The notes under the pieces: model-generated | The model's input: the letters and a program-made list of their open reading frames with translations, nothing else | Database searches by the model: none | What the model was told of the DNA's origin: nothing | Program-made: the position numbers and the translations under genes | In this document: piece after piece, positions 24,400-39,262 of the stretch | Layout of the letters: each line of letters opens with the position of its first letter | Position numbering within the stretch: the stretch's first letter is position 1 | DNA from: Eledone cirrhosa | Taxonomy: Eukaryota | Length of the DNA: 64,000 nucleotides | Direction of reading: 5' to 3' | Assembly: GCA_964016885.1 (NCBI GenBank) | Contig: OZ024764.1 | Location: forward strand, 28,272,001-28,336,000

Positions 24400-27300
24400 T
24401 CATCGAAGAGCGTATACATTTTTGTGGGACAGCCCGTTGTCGCCTCTATTCAGCACTTCTAAATGCTGCTTTTTGCAGGTCATAGAAGAGCGTATACATT
24501 TTTGTGGGACAGCCCGTTGTCGCCTCCCTACAGCACTTCTAAGTGCTGCTTTGTGCAGGTCATAGAAGAGCGTATACATTTTTATGGGACAGCCCGTTGT
24601 CGCCACTATTCAGCACTTCTAAATGCTGTTTTGTGCAGGTCATCGAAGAGCGTATACATTTTTATGGGACAGCCCGTGGTTGCCACTATTCAGCACTTCT
24701 AAATGCTGTTTTGTGCAGGTCATCGAAGAGCGTATACATTTTTGTGGGACAGCCCGTTGTCGCCTCCCTACAGCACTTCTAAGTGCTGCTTTGTGCAGGT
24801 CATCGAAGAGCGTATACATTTTTGTGGGACAGCCCGTTGTCGCTTCCCTACAGCACTTCTAAGTGCTGCTTTGTGCAGCTCATAGAAGAGCGTATACATT
24901 TTTGTGGGACAGCCCGTTGTCGCCTCTATTCAGCACTTCTAAATGCTGCTTTGTGCAGGTCGTAGAAGAGCATATACATTTTTGTGGGACAGCCCATTGT
25001 CGCCTCTATTCAGCACTGCTAAATGCTGTTTTGTGCAGGTCATAGAAGAGCGTATACATTTTTGTGGGACAGCCCGTTGTCGCCACTATTCAGCACTTCT
25101 AAATGCTGTTTTGTGCAGGTCATCGAAGAGCGTATACATTTTTGTGGGACAGCTCGTTGTCGCCTCCTTTCAGCACTTCTAAATGCTGCTTTGTGCAGGT
25201 CATCGAAGAGCGTATACATTTTTGTGGGACAGCCCGTTGTCGCCTCTATTCAGCACTCCTAAATGCTGTTTTATGCAGGTCATACAAGAGCGTATACATT
25301 TTTATGGGACAGCCCGTTGTCGCCTTTATTCAACACTTGCAAATGCTGTTTTGTGCATGTCATCGAAGAGCGTATACATTTTTATGGGACAGCCCGTTGT
25401 CGGCTCTATTCAGTACTCCTAAATGCTGTTTTATGCAGGTCATACAAGAGCGTATACATTTTTGTGGGACAGCCCGTTGTCGCCTCCCTACAGCACTTCT
25501 AAGTGCTGCTTTGTGCAGGTCATAGAAGAGCGTATACATTTTTGTGGGACAGCCCGTTGTCGCCTCTATTCAGCACTTCTAAATGCTGCTTTTTGCAGGT
25601 CATCGAAGAGCGTATACATTTTTGTGGGACAGCCCTTTGCCGCCTCTATTCAACACTTATAAATGCTGTTTGGGCAGGTCATAGAAGAGCGTATACATTT
25701 TTGTGGGACAGCCCGTTGTTGCCTCCCTACAGCACTTCTAAGTGCTGCTTTGTGCAGGTCATAGAAGAGCGTATACATTTTTGTGGGACAGCCCGTTGTC
25801 GCCTCCTTACAACACTTCTAAATGCTGTTTTGTGCAGGTCATCGAAGAGCGTATACATTTTTGTGGGACAGCCCTTTGACGCCTCTATTCATCACTTCTA
25901 AATGCTGTTTTATGCAGGTCATCGAAGAGCGTATACATTTTTGTGGGACAGCCCGTTGTCGCCTCCCTACACCACTGCTAAGTGGTTTTGTGCAGGTCAT
26001 AGAAGAGCGTATACATTTTTGTGGGACAGCCCGTTGTCGCCACTATTCAGCACTTCTAAATGCTGTTTTGTGCAGGTCATCGAAGAGCGTATACATTTTT
26101 ATGGGACAGCCCGTTGTCGCCTCTATTCAGTACTCCTAAATGCTGTTTTATGCAGGTCATACAAGAGCGTATACATTTTTGTGGGACAGCTCGTTGTCGC
26201 CTCCTTTCAGCACTTCTAAATGCTGCTTGTGCAGGTCATCGAAGAGCGTATACATTTTTATGGGACAGCCCGTTGTCGCCTCTATTCAGTACTCCTAAAT
26301 GCTGCTTTGTGCAGGTCATAGAAGAGCGTATACATTTTTGTGGGACAGCCCGTTGTCGCCTCTATTCAGCATTTCTACATGCTGTTTTGGGCAGGTCATC
26401 GAGGAGTGTATACATTTTTGTGGGACAGCCCGTTGTCGCCTCCATTCAGCACTTCTAAATGCTGTTTTGTGCAGGTCATCGAAGAGCGTATACATTTTTA
26501 TGGGACAGCCCGTTGTCGCCTCTATTCAGTACTCCTAAATGCTGCTTTGTGCAGGTCATAGAAGAGCGTATACATTTTTGTGGGACTGCCAGTTGTCGCC
26601 TCCTTACAGCACTTCTAAATGCTGTTTTGGGCAGGTCATAGAAGAGCGTATACATTTTTGTGGGACAGCCCGTTGTCGCCACTATTCAGCACTTCTAAAT
26701 GCTGTTTTGTGCAGGTCATCGAAGAGCGTATACATTTTTATGGGACAGCCCGTTGTTGCCACTATTCAGCACTTCTAAATGCTGTTTTGTGCAGGTCATC
26801 GAAGAGCGTATACATTTTTGTGGGACAGCCCGTTGTCGCCTCCCTACAGCACTTGTAAGTGCTGCATTGTGCAGGTCATCGAAGAGCGTATTCATTTTTA
26901 TGGGACAGCCTGTTGTCGCCTCTATTCAGCACTTCTAAATGCTGTTTTATGCAGGTCATACAAGAGCGTATACATTTTTGTGGGACAGCTCATTGTCGCC
27001 TCCTTTCAGCACTTCTAAATGCTGCTTTGTGCAGGTCATCGAAGAGCGTATACATTTTTGTGGGACAGCCCGTTGTCGCCTCTATTCAGCACTTCTAAAT
27101 GCTGCTTTTTGCAGGTCATAGAAGAGCGTATACATTTTTGCGGGACAGCCCGTTGTCGCCTCTATTCAGCACTTCAACATGCTGTTTTGTGCAGGTCATC
27201 GAAGAGTGTATACATTTTTGTGGGACAGCCCGTTGTCGCCTCCCTACAGCACTTCTAAGTGCTGCTTTGTGCAGGTCATAGAAGAGCGTATACATTTTTG

Positions 27301-30300
27301 TGGGACAGCCCGTTGTCGCCTCTATTCAGCACTCCTAATTGCTGTTTTATGCAGGTCATACAAGAGCGTATACATTTTTATGGGACAGCCCGTTGTCGCC
27401 TTTATTCAGCACTTGCAAATGCTGTTTTGTGCATGTCATCGAAGAGCGTATACATTTTTGTGGGACAGCCCGTTGTCGCCTCTATTCAGCACTTCTAAAT
27501 GCTGCTTTTTGCAGGTCATAGAAGAGCGTATACATTTTTGTGGGACAGCCAGTTGTCGCCTCCTTACAGCACTTCTAAATGCTGTTTTGTGCAGGTCATC
27601 GAAGAGCGTATACATTTTTGTGGGACAGTCCGTTGTCGCCTCTATTCAGCACTTCTACATGCTGTTTTGGGCAGGTCATCGAAGAGTGTATACATTTTTG
27701 TGGGACAGCCCGTTGTCGCCTCTATTCAGCACTTCTAAATGCTGTTTTGTGCAGGTCATCGAAGAGCGTATACATTTTTATGGGACAGCTCATTGTCGCC
27801 TCCTTTCAGCACTTCTAAATGCTGCTTTGTGCAGGTCATCGAAGAGCGTATACATTTTTGTGGGACAGCCCGTTGTCGCCTCTATTCAGCACTTCTAAAT
27901 GCTGCTTTTTGCAGGTCATAGAAGAGCGTATACATTTTTGTGGGACAGCTCATTGTCGCCTCCTTTCATCACTTCTAAATGCTGCTTTGTGCAGGTCATC
28001 GAAGAGCGTATACATTTTTGTGGGACAGCCCGTTGTCGCCTCTATTCAGCACTTCTAAATGCTGCTTTTTGCAGGTCATAGAAGAGCGTATACATTTTTG
28101 TGGGACAGCCCGTTGTCGCCTCCCTACAGCACTTCTAAGTGCTGCTTTGTGCAGGTCATAGAAGAGCGTATACATTTTTATGGGACAGCCCGTTGTCGCC
28201 ACTATTCAGCACTTCTAAATGCTGTTTTGTGCAGGTCATCGAAGAGCGTATACATTTTTATGGGACAGCCCGTTGTTGCCACTATTCAGCACTTCTAAAT
28301 GCTGTTTTGTGCAGGTCATCGAAGAGCGTATACATTTTTGTGGGACAGCCCGTTGTCGCCTCCCTACAACACTTCTAAGTGCTGCTTTGTGCAGGTCATC
28401 GAAGAGCGTATACATTTTTGTGGGACAGCCCGTTGTCGCTTCCCTACAGCACTTCTAAGTGCTGCTTTGTGCAGCTCATAGAAGAGCGTATACATTTTTG
28501 TGGGACAGCCCGTTGTCGCCTCTATTCAGCACTTCTAAATGCTGCTTTGTGCAGGTCGTAGAAGAGCATATACATTTTTGTGGGACAGCCCATTGTCGCC
28601 TCTATTCATCACTGCTAAATGCTGTTTTATGCAGGTCATACAAGAGCGTATACATTTTTGTGGGACAGCCCGTTGTTGCCTCCCTACAGCACTTCTAAGT
28701 GCTGCTTTGTGCAGGTCATAGAAGAGCGTATACATTTTTGTGGGACAGCCCGTTGTCGCCTCTATTCAGCACTTGCAAATGCTGTTTTGTGCATGTCATC
28801 GAAGAGCGTATACATTTTTATGGGACAGCCCGTTGTCGGCTCTATTCAGTACTCCTAAATGCTGTTTTATGCAGGTCATACAAGAGCGTATACATATTTG
28901 TGGGACAGCTCGTTGTCGCCTCCTTTCAGCACTTCTAAATGCTGCTTGTGCAGGTCATCGAAGAGCGTATACATTTTTATGGGACAGCCCGTTGTCGCCT
29001 CTATTCAGTACTCCTAAATGCTGTTTTATGCAGGTCATACAAGAGCGTATACATTTTTGTGGGACAGCCCGTTGTCGCCTCCCTACAGCACTTCTAAGTG
29101 CTGCTCTGTGCAGGTCATAGAAGAGCGTATACATTTTTGTGGGACAGCCCGTTGTCGCCTCTATTCAGCACTTCTAAATGCTGCTTTTTGCAGGTCATAG
29201 AAGAGCGTATACATTTTTGTGGGACAGCTAGTTGTCGCCTCCTTACAGCACTTCTAAATGCTGTTTTCTGCAGGTCATCGAAGAGCGTATACATTTTTGT
29301 GGGACAGCCCTTTGCCGCCTCTATTCAACACTTATAAATGCTGTTTGGGCAGGTCATAGAAGAGCGTATACATTTTTGTGGGACAGCCCGTTGTCGCCTC
29401 TATTCAGCACTTCTAAATGCTGCTTTTTGCAGGTCATAGAAGAGCGTATACATTTTTGTGGGACAGCCCGTTGTCGCCTCCCTACAGCACTTCTAAGTGC
29501 TGCTTTGTGCAGGTCATAGAAGAGCGTATACATTTTTATGGGACAGCCCGTTGTCGCCACTATTCAGCACTTCTAAATGCTGTTTTGTGCAGGTCATCGA
29601 AGAGCGTATACATTTTTATGGGACAGCCCGTGGTTGCCACTATTCAGCACTTCTAAATGCTGTTTTGTGCAGGTCATCGAAGAGCGTATACATTTTTGTG
29701 GGACAGCCCGTTGTCGCCTCCCTACAGCACTTCTAAGTGCTGCTTTGTGCAGGTCATCGAAGAGCGTATACATTTTTGTGGGACAGCCCGTTGTCGCTTC
29801 CCTACAGCACTTCTAAGTGCTGCTTTGTGCAGCTCATAGAAGAGCGTATACATTTTTGTGGGACAGCCCGTTGTCGCCTCTATTCAGCACTTCTAAATGC
29901 TGCTTTGTGCAGGTCGTAGAAGAGCATATACATTTTTGTGGGACAGCCCATTGTCGCCTCTATTCAGCACTGCTAAATGCTGTTTTGTGCAGGTCATAGA
30001 AGAGCGTATACATTTTTGTGGGACAGCCCGTTGTCGCCACTATTCAGCACTTCTAAATGCTGTTTTGTGCAGGTCATCGAAGAGCGTATACATTTTTGTG
30101 GGACAGCTCGTTGTCGCCTCCTTTCAGCACTTCTAAATGCTGCTTTGTGCAGGTCATCGAAGAGCGTATACATTTTTGTGGGACAGCCCGTTGTCGCCTC
30201 TATTCAGCACTCCTAAATGCTGTTTTATGCAGGTCATACAAGAGCGTATACATTTTTATGGGACAGCCCGTTGTCGCCTTTATTCAGCACTTGCAAATGC

Positions 30301-33300
30301 TGTTTTGTGCATGTCATCGAAGAGCGTATACATTTTTATGGGACAGCCCGTTGTCGGCTCTATTCAGTACTCCTAAATGCTGTTTTATGCAGGTCATACA
30401 AGAGCGTATACATTTTTGTGGGACAGCCCGTTGTCGCCTCCCTACAGCACTTCTAAGTGCTGCTTTGTGCAGGTCATAGAAGAGCGTATACATTTTTGTG
30501 GGACAGCCCGTTGTCGCCTCTATTCAGCACTTCTAAATGCTGCTTTTTGCAGGTCATCGAAGAGCGTATACATTTTTGTGGGACAGCCCTTTGCCGCCTC
30601 TATTCAACACTTATAAATGCTGTTTGGGCAGGTCATAGAAGAGCGTATACATTTTTGTGGGACAGCCCGTTGTTGCCTCCCTACAGCACTTCTAAGTGCT
30701 GCTTTGTGCAGGTCATAGAAGAGCGTATACATTTTTGTGGGACAGCCCGTTGTCGCCTCCTTACAGCACTTCTAAATGCTGTTTTGTGCAGGTCATCGAA
30801 GAGCGTATACATTTTTGTGGGACAGCCCTTTGACGCCTCTATTCATCACTTCTAAATGCTGTTTTATGCAGGTCATCGAAGAGCGTATACATTTTTGTGG
30901 GACAGCCCGTTGTCGCCTCCCTACACCACTGCTAAGTGGTTTTGTGCAGGTCATAGAAGAGCGTATACATTTTTGTGGGACAGCCCGTTGTCGCCACTAT
31001 TCAGCACTTCTAAATGCTGTTTTGTGCAGGTCATCGAAGAGCGTATACATTTTTATGGGACAGCCCGTTGTCGCCTCTATTCAGTACTCCTAAATGCTGT
31101 TTTATGCAGGTCATACAAGAGCGTATACATTTTTGTGGGACAGCTCGTTGTCGCCTCCTTTCAGCACTTCTAAATGCTGCTTGTGCAGGTCATCGAAGAG
31201 CGTATACATTTTTATGGGACAGCCCGTTGTCGCCTCTATTCAGTACTCCTAAATGCTGCTTTGTGCAGGTCATAGAAGAGCGTATACATTTTTGTGGGAC
31301 AGCCCGTTGTCGCCTCTATTCAGCATTTCTACATGCTGTTTTGGGCAGGTCATCGAGGAGTGTATACATTTTTGTGGGACAGCCCGTTGTCGCCTCCATT
31401 CAGCACTTCTAAATGCTGTTTTGTGCAGGTCATCGAAGAGCGTATACATTTTTATGGGACAGCCCGTTGTCGCCTCTATTCAGTACTCCTAAATGCTGCT
31501 TTGTGCAGGTCATAGAAGAGCGTATACATTTTTGTGGGACTGCCAGTTGTCGCCTCCTTACAGCACTTCTAAATGCTGTTTTGGGCAGGTCATAGAAGAG
31601 CGTATACATTTTTGTGGGACAGCCCGTTGTCGCCACTATTCAGCACTTCTAAATGCTGTTTTGTGCAGGTCATCGAAGAGCGTATACATTTTTATGGGAC
31701 AGCCCGTTGTTGCCACTATTCAGCACTTCTAAATGCTGTTTTGTGCAGGTCATCGAAGAGCGTATACATTTTTGTGGGACAGCCCGTTGTCGCCTCCCTA
31801 CAGCACTTGTAAGTGCTGCTTTGTGCAGGTCATCGAAGAGCGTATTCATTTTTATGGGACAGCCTGTTGTCGCCTCTATTCAGCACTTCTAAATGCTGTT
31901 TTATGCAGGTCATACAAGAGCGTATACATTTTTGTGGGACAGCTCATTGTCGCCTCCTTTCAGCACTTCTAAATGCTGCTTTGTGCAGGTCATCGAAGAG
32001 CGTATACATTTTTGTGGGACAGCCCGTTGTCGCCTCTATTCAGCACTTCTAAATGCTGCTTTTTGCAGGTCATAGAAGAGCGTATACATTTTTGTGGGAC
32101 AGCCCGTTGTCGCCTCTATTCAGCACTTCAACATGCTGTTTTGTGCAGGTCATCGAAGAGTGTATACATTTTTGTGGGACAGCCCGTTGTCGCCTCCCTA
32201 CAGCACTTCTAAGTGCTGCTTTGTGCAGGTCATAGAAGAGCGTATACATTTTTGTGGGACAGCCCGTTGTCGCCTCTATTCAGCACTCCTAATTGCTGTT
32301 TTATGCAGGTCATACAAGAGCGTATACATTTTTATGGGACAGCCCGTTGTCGCCTTTATTCAGCACTTGCAAATGCTGTTTTGTGCATGTCATCGAAGAG
32401 CGTATACATTTTTGTGGGACAGCCCGTTGTCGCCTCTATTCAGCACTTCTAAATGCTGCTTTTTGCAGGTCATAGAAGAGCGTATACATTTTTGTGGGAC
32501 AGCCAGTTGTCGCCTCCTTACAGCACTTCTAAATGCTGTTTTGTGCAGGTCATCGAAGAGCGTATACATTTTTGTGGGACAGTCCGTTGTCGCCTCTATT
32601 CAGCACTTCTACATGCTGTTTTGGGCAGGTCATCGAAGAGTGTATACATTTTTGTGGGACAGCCCGTTGTCGCCTCTATTCGGCACTTCTAAATGCTGTT
32701 TTGTGCAGGTCATCGAAGAGCGTATACATTTTTATGGGACAGCTCATTGTCGCCTCCTTTCAGCACTTCTAAATGCTGCTTTGTGCAGGTCATCGAAGAG
32801 CGTATACATTTTTGTGGGACAGCCTGTTGTCGCCTCTATTCAGCACTTCTAAATGCTGCTTTTTGCAGGTCATAGAAGAGCGTATACATTTTTGTGGGAC
32901 AGCTCATTGTCGCCTCCTTTCATCACTTCTAAATGCTGCTTTGTGCAGGTCATCGAAGAGCGTATACATTTTTGTGGGACAGCCCGTTGTCGCCTCTATT
33001 CAGCACTTCTAAATGCTGCTTTTTGCAGGTCATAGAAGAGCGTATACATTTTTGTGGGACAGCCCGTTGTCGCCTCCCTACAGCACTTCTAAGTGCTGCT
33101 TTGTGCAGGTCATAGAAGAGCGTATACATTTTTATGGGACAGCCCGTTGTCGCCACTATTCAGCACTTCTAAATGCTGTTTTGTGCAGGTCATCGAAGAG
33201 CGTATACATTTTTATGGGACAGCCCGTTGTTGCCACTATTCAGCACTTCTAAATGCTGTTTTGTGCAGGTCATCGAAGAGCGTATACATTTTTGTGGGAC

Positions 33301-36300
33301 AGCCCGTTGTCGCCTCCCTACAACACTTCTAAGTGCTGCTTTGTGCAGGTCATCGAAGAGCGTATACATTTTTGTGGGACAGCCCGTTGTCGCTTCCCTA
33401 CAGCACTTCTAAGTGCTGCTTTGTGCAGCTCATAGAAGAGCGTATACATTTTTGTGGGACAGCCCGTTGTCGCCTCTATTCAGCACTTCTAAATGCTGCT
33501 TTGTGCAGGTCGTAGAAGAGCATATACATTTTTGTGGGACAGCCCATTGTCGCCTCTATTCATCACTGCTAAATGCTGTTTTATGCAGGTCATACAAGAG
33601 CGTATACATTTTTGTGGGACAGCCCGTTGTTGCCTCCCTACAGCACTTCTAAGTGCTGCTTTGTGCAGGTCATAGAAGAGCGTATACATTTTTGTGGGAC
33701 AGCCCGTTGTCGCCTCTATTCAGCACTTGCAAATGCTGTTTTGTGCATGTCATCGAAGAGCGTATACATTTTTATGGGACAGCCCGTTGTCGGCTCTATT
33801 CAGTACTCCTAAATGCTGTTTTATGCAGGTCATACAAGAGCGTATACATATTTGTGGGACAGCTCGTTGTCGCCTCCTTTCAGCACTTCTAAATGCTGCT
33901 TGTGCAGGTCATCGAAGAGCGTATACATTTTTATGGGACAGCCCGTTGTCGCCTCTATTCAGTACTCCTAAATGCTGTTTTATGCAGGTCATACAAGAGC
34001 GTATACATTTTTGTGGGACAGCCCGTTGTCGCCTCCCTACAGCACTTCTAAGTGCTGCTCTGTGCAGGTCATAGAAGAGCGTATACATTTTTGTGGGACA
34101 GCCCGTTGTCGCCTCTATTCAGCACTTCTAAATGCTGCTTTTTGCAGGTCATAGAAGAGCGTATACATTTTTGTGGGACAGCTAGTTGTCGCCTCCTTAC
34201 AGCACTTCTAAATGCTGTTTTCTGCAGGTCATCGAAGAGCGTATACATTTTTGTGGGACAGCCCTTTGCCGCCTCTATTCAACACTTATAAATGCTGTTT
34301 GGGCAGGTCATAGAAGAGCGTATACATTTTTGTGGGACAGCCCGTTGTCGCCTCTATTCAGCACTTCTAAATGCTGCTTTTTGCAGGTCATAGAAGAGCG
34401 TATACATTTTTGTGGGACAGCCCGTTGTCGCCTCCCTACAGCACTTCTAAGTGCTGCTTTGTGCAGGTCATAGAAGAGCGTATACATTTTTATGGGACAG
34501 CCCGTTGTCGCCACTATTCAGCACTTCTAAATGCTGTTTTGTGCAGGTCATCGAAGAGCGTATACATTTTTATGGGACAGCCCGTGGTTGCCACTATTCA
34601 GCACTTCTAAATGCTGTTTTGTGCAGGTCATCGAAGAGCGTATACATTTTTGTGGGACAGCCCGTTGTCGCCTCCCTACAGCACTTCTAAGTGCTGCTTT
34701 GTGCAGGTCATCGAAGAGCGTATACATTTTTGTGGGACAGCCCGTTGTCGCTTCCCTACAGCACTTCTAAGTGCTGCTTTGTGCAGCTCATAGAAGAGCG
34801 TATACATTTTTGTGGGACAGCCCGTTGTCGCCTCTATTCAGCACTTCTAAATGCTGCTTTGTGCAGGTCGTAGAAGAGCATATACATTTTTGTGGGACAG
34901 CCCATTGTCGCCTCTATTCAGCACTGCTAAATGCTGTTTTGTGCAGGTCATAGAAGAGCGTATACATTTTTGTGGGACAGCCCGTTGTCGCCACTATTCA
35001 GCACTTCTAAATGCTGTTTTGTGCAGGTCATCGAAGAGCGTATACATTTTTGTGGGACAGCTCGTTGTCGCCTCCTTTCAGCACTTCTAAATGCTGCTTT
35101 GTGCAGGTCATCGAAGAGCGTATACATTTTTGTGGGACAGCCCGTTGTCGCCTCTATTCAGCACTCCTAAATGCTGTTTTATGCAGGTCATACAAGAGCG
35201 TATACATTTTTATGGGACAGCCCGTTGTCGCCTTTATTCAGCACTTGCAAATGCTGTTTTGTGCATGTCATCGAAGAGCGTATACATTTTTATGGGACAG
35301 CCCGTTGTCGGCTCTATTCAGTACTCCTAAATGCTGTTTTATGCAGGTCATACAAGAGCGTATACATTTTTGTGGGACAGCCCGTTGTCGCCTCCCTACA
35401 GCACTTCTAAGTGCTGCTTTGTGCAGGTCATAGAAGAGCGTATACATTTTTGTGGGACAGCCCGTTGTCGCCTCTATTCAGCACTTCTAAATGCCGCTTT
35501 TTGCAGGTCATCGAAGAGCGTATACATTTTTGTGGGACAGCCCTTTGCCGCCTCTATTCAACACTTATAAATGCTGTTTGGGCAGGTCATAGAAGAGCGT
35601 ATACATTTTTGTGGGACAGCCCGTTGTTGCCTCCCTACAGCACTTCTAAGTGCTGCTTTGTGCAGGTCATAGAAGAGCGTATACATTTTTGTGGGACAGC
35701 CCGTTGTCGCCTCCTTACAGCACTTCTAAATGCTGTTTTGTGCAGGTCATCGAAGAGCGTATACATTTTTGTGGGACAGCCCTTTGACGCCTCTATTCAT
35801 CACTTCTAAATGCTGTTTTATGCAGGTCATCGAAGAGCGTATACATTTTTGTGGGACAGCCCGTTGTCGCCTCCCTACACCACTGCTAAGTGGTTTTGTG
35901 CAGGTCATAGAAGAGCGTATACATTTTTGTGGGACAGCCCGTTGTCGCCACTATTCAGCACTTCTAAATGCTGTTTTGTGCAGGTCATCGAAGAGCGTAT
36001 ACATTTTTATGGGACAGCCCGTTGTCGCCTCTATTCAGTACTCCTAAATGCTGTTTTATGCAGGTCATACAAGAGCGTATACATTTTTGTGGGACAGCTC
36101 GTTGTCGCCTCCTTTCAGCACTTCTAAATGCTGCTTGTGCAGGTCATCGAAGAGCGTATACATTTTTATGGGACAGCCCGTTGTCGCCTCTATTCAGTAC
36201 TCCTAAATGCTGCTTTGTGCAGGTCATAGAAGAGCGTATACATTTTTGTGGGACAGCCCGTTGTCGCCTCTATTCAGCACTTCTACATGCTGTTTTGGGC

Positions 36301-39262
36301 AGGTCATCGAAGAGTGTATACATTTTTGTGGGACAGCCCGTTGTCGCCTCCATTCAGCACTTCTAAATGCTGTTTTGTGCAGGTCATCGAAGAGCGTATA
36401 CATTTTTATGGGACAGCCCGTTGTCGCCTCTATTCAGTACTCCTAAATGCTGCTTTGTGCAGGTCATAGAAGAGCGTATACATTTTTGTGGGACTGCCAG
36501 TTGTCGCCTCCTTACAGCACTTCTAAATGCTGTTTTGGGCAGGTCATAGAAGAGCGTATACATTTTTGTGGGACAGCCCGTTGTCGCCACTATTCAGCAC
36601 TTCTAAATGCTGTTTTGTGCAGGTCATCGAAGAGCGTATACATTTTTATGGGACAGCCCGTTGTTGCCACTATTCAGCACTTCTAAATGCTGTTTTGTGC
36701 AGGTCATCGAAGAGCGTATACATTTTTGTGGGACAGCCCGTTGTCGCCTCCCTACAGCACTTGTAAGTGCTGCTTTGTGCAGGTCATCGAAGAGCGTATT
36801 CATTTTTATGGGACAGCCTGTTGTCGCCTCTATTCAGCACTTCTAAATGCTGTTTTATGCAGGTCATACAAGAGCGTATACATTTTTGTGGGACAGCTCA
36901 TTGTCGCCTCCTTTCAGCACTTCTAAATGCTGCTTTGTGCAGGTCATCGAAGAGTGTATACATTTTTGTGGGACAGCCCGTTGTCGCCTCTATTCAGCAC
37001 TTCTAAATGCTGCTTTTTGCAGGTCATAGAAGAGCGTATACATTTTTGTGGGACAGCCCGTTGTCGCCTCTATTCAGCACTTCAACATGCTGTTTTGTGC
37101 AGGTCATCGAAGAGTGTATACATTTTTGTGGGACAGCCCGTTGTCGCCTCCCTACAGCACTTCTAAGTGCTGCTTTGTGCAGGTCATAGAAGAGCGTATA
37201 CATTTTTGTGGGACAGCCCGTTGTCGCCTCTATTCAGCACTCCTAATTGCTGTTTTATGCAGGTCATACAAGAGCGTATACATTTTTATGGGACAGCCCG
37301 TTGTCGCCTTTATTCAGCACTTGCAAATGCTGTTTTGTGCATGTCATCGAAGAGCGTATACATTTTTGTGGGACAGCCCGTTGTCGCCTCTATTCAGCAC
37401 TTCTAAATGCTGCTTTTTGCAGGTCATAGAAGAGCGTATACATTTTTGTGGGACAGCCAGTTGTCGCCTCCTTACAGCACTTCTAAATGCTGTTTTGTGC
37501 AGGTCATCGAAGAGCGTATACATTTTTGTGGGACAGTCCGTTGTCGCCTCTATTCAGCACTTCTACATGCTGTTTTGGGCAGGTCATCGAAGAGTGTATA
37601 CATTTTTGTGGGACAGCCCGTTGTCGCCTCTATTCAGCACTTCTAAATGCTGTTTTGTGCAGGTCATCGAAGAGCGTATACATTTTTATGGGACAGCTCA
37701 TTGTCGCCTCCTTTCAGCACTTCTAAATGCTGCTTTGTGCAGGTCATCGAAGAGCGTATACATTTTTGTGGGACAGCCCGTTGTCGCCTCTATTCAGCAC
37801 TTCTAAATGCTGCTTTTTGCAGGTCATAGAAGAGCGTATACATTTTTGTGGGACAGCTCATTGTCGCCTCCTTTCATCACTTCTAAATGCTGCTTTGTGC
37901 AGGTCATCGAAGAGCGTATACATTTTTGTGGGACAGCCCGTTGTCGCCTCTATTCAGCACTTCTAAATGCTGCTTTTTGCAGGTCATAGAAGAGCGTATA
38001 CATTTTTGTGGGACAGCCCGTTGTCGCCTCCCTACAGCACTTCTAAGTGCTGCTTTGTGCAGGTCATAGAAGAGCGTATACATTTTTATGGGACAGCCCG
38101 TTGTCGCCACTATTCAGCACTTCTAAATGCTGTTTTGTGCAGGTCATCGAAGAGCGTATACATTTTTATGGGACAGCCCGTTGTTGCCACTATTCAGCAC
38201 TTCTAAATGCTGTTTTGTGCAGGTCATCGAAGAGCGTATACATTTTTGTGGGACAGCCCGTTGTCGCCTCCCTACAACACTTCTAAGTGCTGCTTTGTGC
38301 AGGTCATCGAAGAGCGTATACATTTTTGTGGGACAGCCCGTTGTCGCTTCCCTACAGCACTTCTAAGTGCTGCTTTGTGCAGCTCATAGAAGAGCGTATA
38401 CATTTTTGTGGGACAGCCCGTTGTCGCCTCTATTCAGCACTTCTAAATGCTGCTTTGTGCAGGTCGTAGAAGAGCATATACATTTTTGTGGGACAGCCCA
38501 TTGTCGCCTCTATTCATCACTGCTAAATGCTGTTTTATGCAGGTCATACAAGAGCGTATACATTTTTGTGGGACAGCCCGTTGTTGCCTCCCTACAGCAC
38601 TTCTAAGTGCTGCTTTGTGCAGGTCATAGAAGAGCGTATACATTTTTGTGGGACAGCCCGTTGTCGCCTCTATTCAGCACTTGCAAATGCTGTTTTGTGC
38701 ATGTCATCGAAGAGCGTATACATTTTTATGGGACAGCCCGTTGTCGGCTCTATTCAGTACTCCTAAATGGTGTTTTATGCAGGTCATACAAGAGCGTATA
38801 CATTTTTGTGGGACAGCTCGTTGTCGCCTCCTTTCAGCACTTCTAAATGCTGCTTGTGCAGGTCATCGAAGAGCGTATACATTTTTATGGGACAGCCCGT
38901 TGTCGCCTCTATTCAGTACTCCTAAATGCTGTTTTATGCAGGTCATACAAGAGCGTATACATTTTTGTGGGACAGCCCGTTGTCGCCTCCCTACAGCACT
39001 TCTAAGTGCTGCTTTGTGCAGGTCATAGAAGAGCGTATACATTTTTGTGGGACAGCCCGTTGTCGCCTCTATTCAGCACTTCTAAATGCTGCTTTTTGCA
39101 GGTCATAGAAGAGCGTATACATTTTTGTGGGACAGCTAGTTGTCGCCTCCTTACAGCACTTCTAAATGCTGTTTTCTGCAGGTCATCGAAGAGCGTATAC
39201 ATTTTTGTGGGACAGCCCTTTGCCGCCTCTATTCAACACTTATAAATGCTGTTTGGGCAGGT
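24400..39262. repeat. Higher-order repeat: three tandem copies of a 4954-bp unit (62 monomers, 6 bp short)
   Basis: ORF series 24463/29417/34371 and 28535/33489/38443. Private variants recur at 4954-bp spacing: CCCGTGGTTGCC (about 24677, 29631, 34585), GGGACTGCCAG (about 26586, 31540, 36494) and CGTATTCATT (about 26891, 31845, 36799). Confidence 0.95.
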
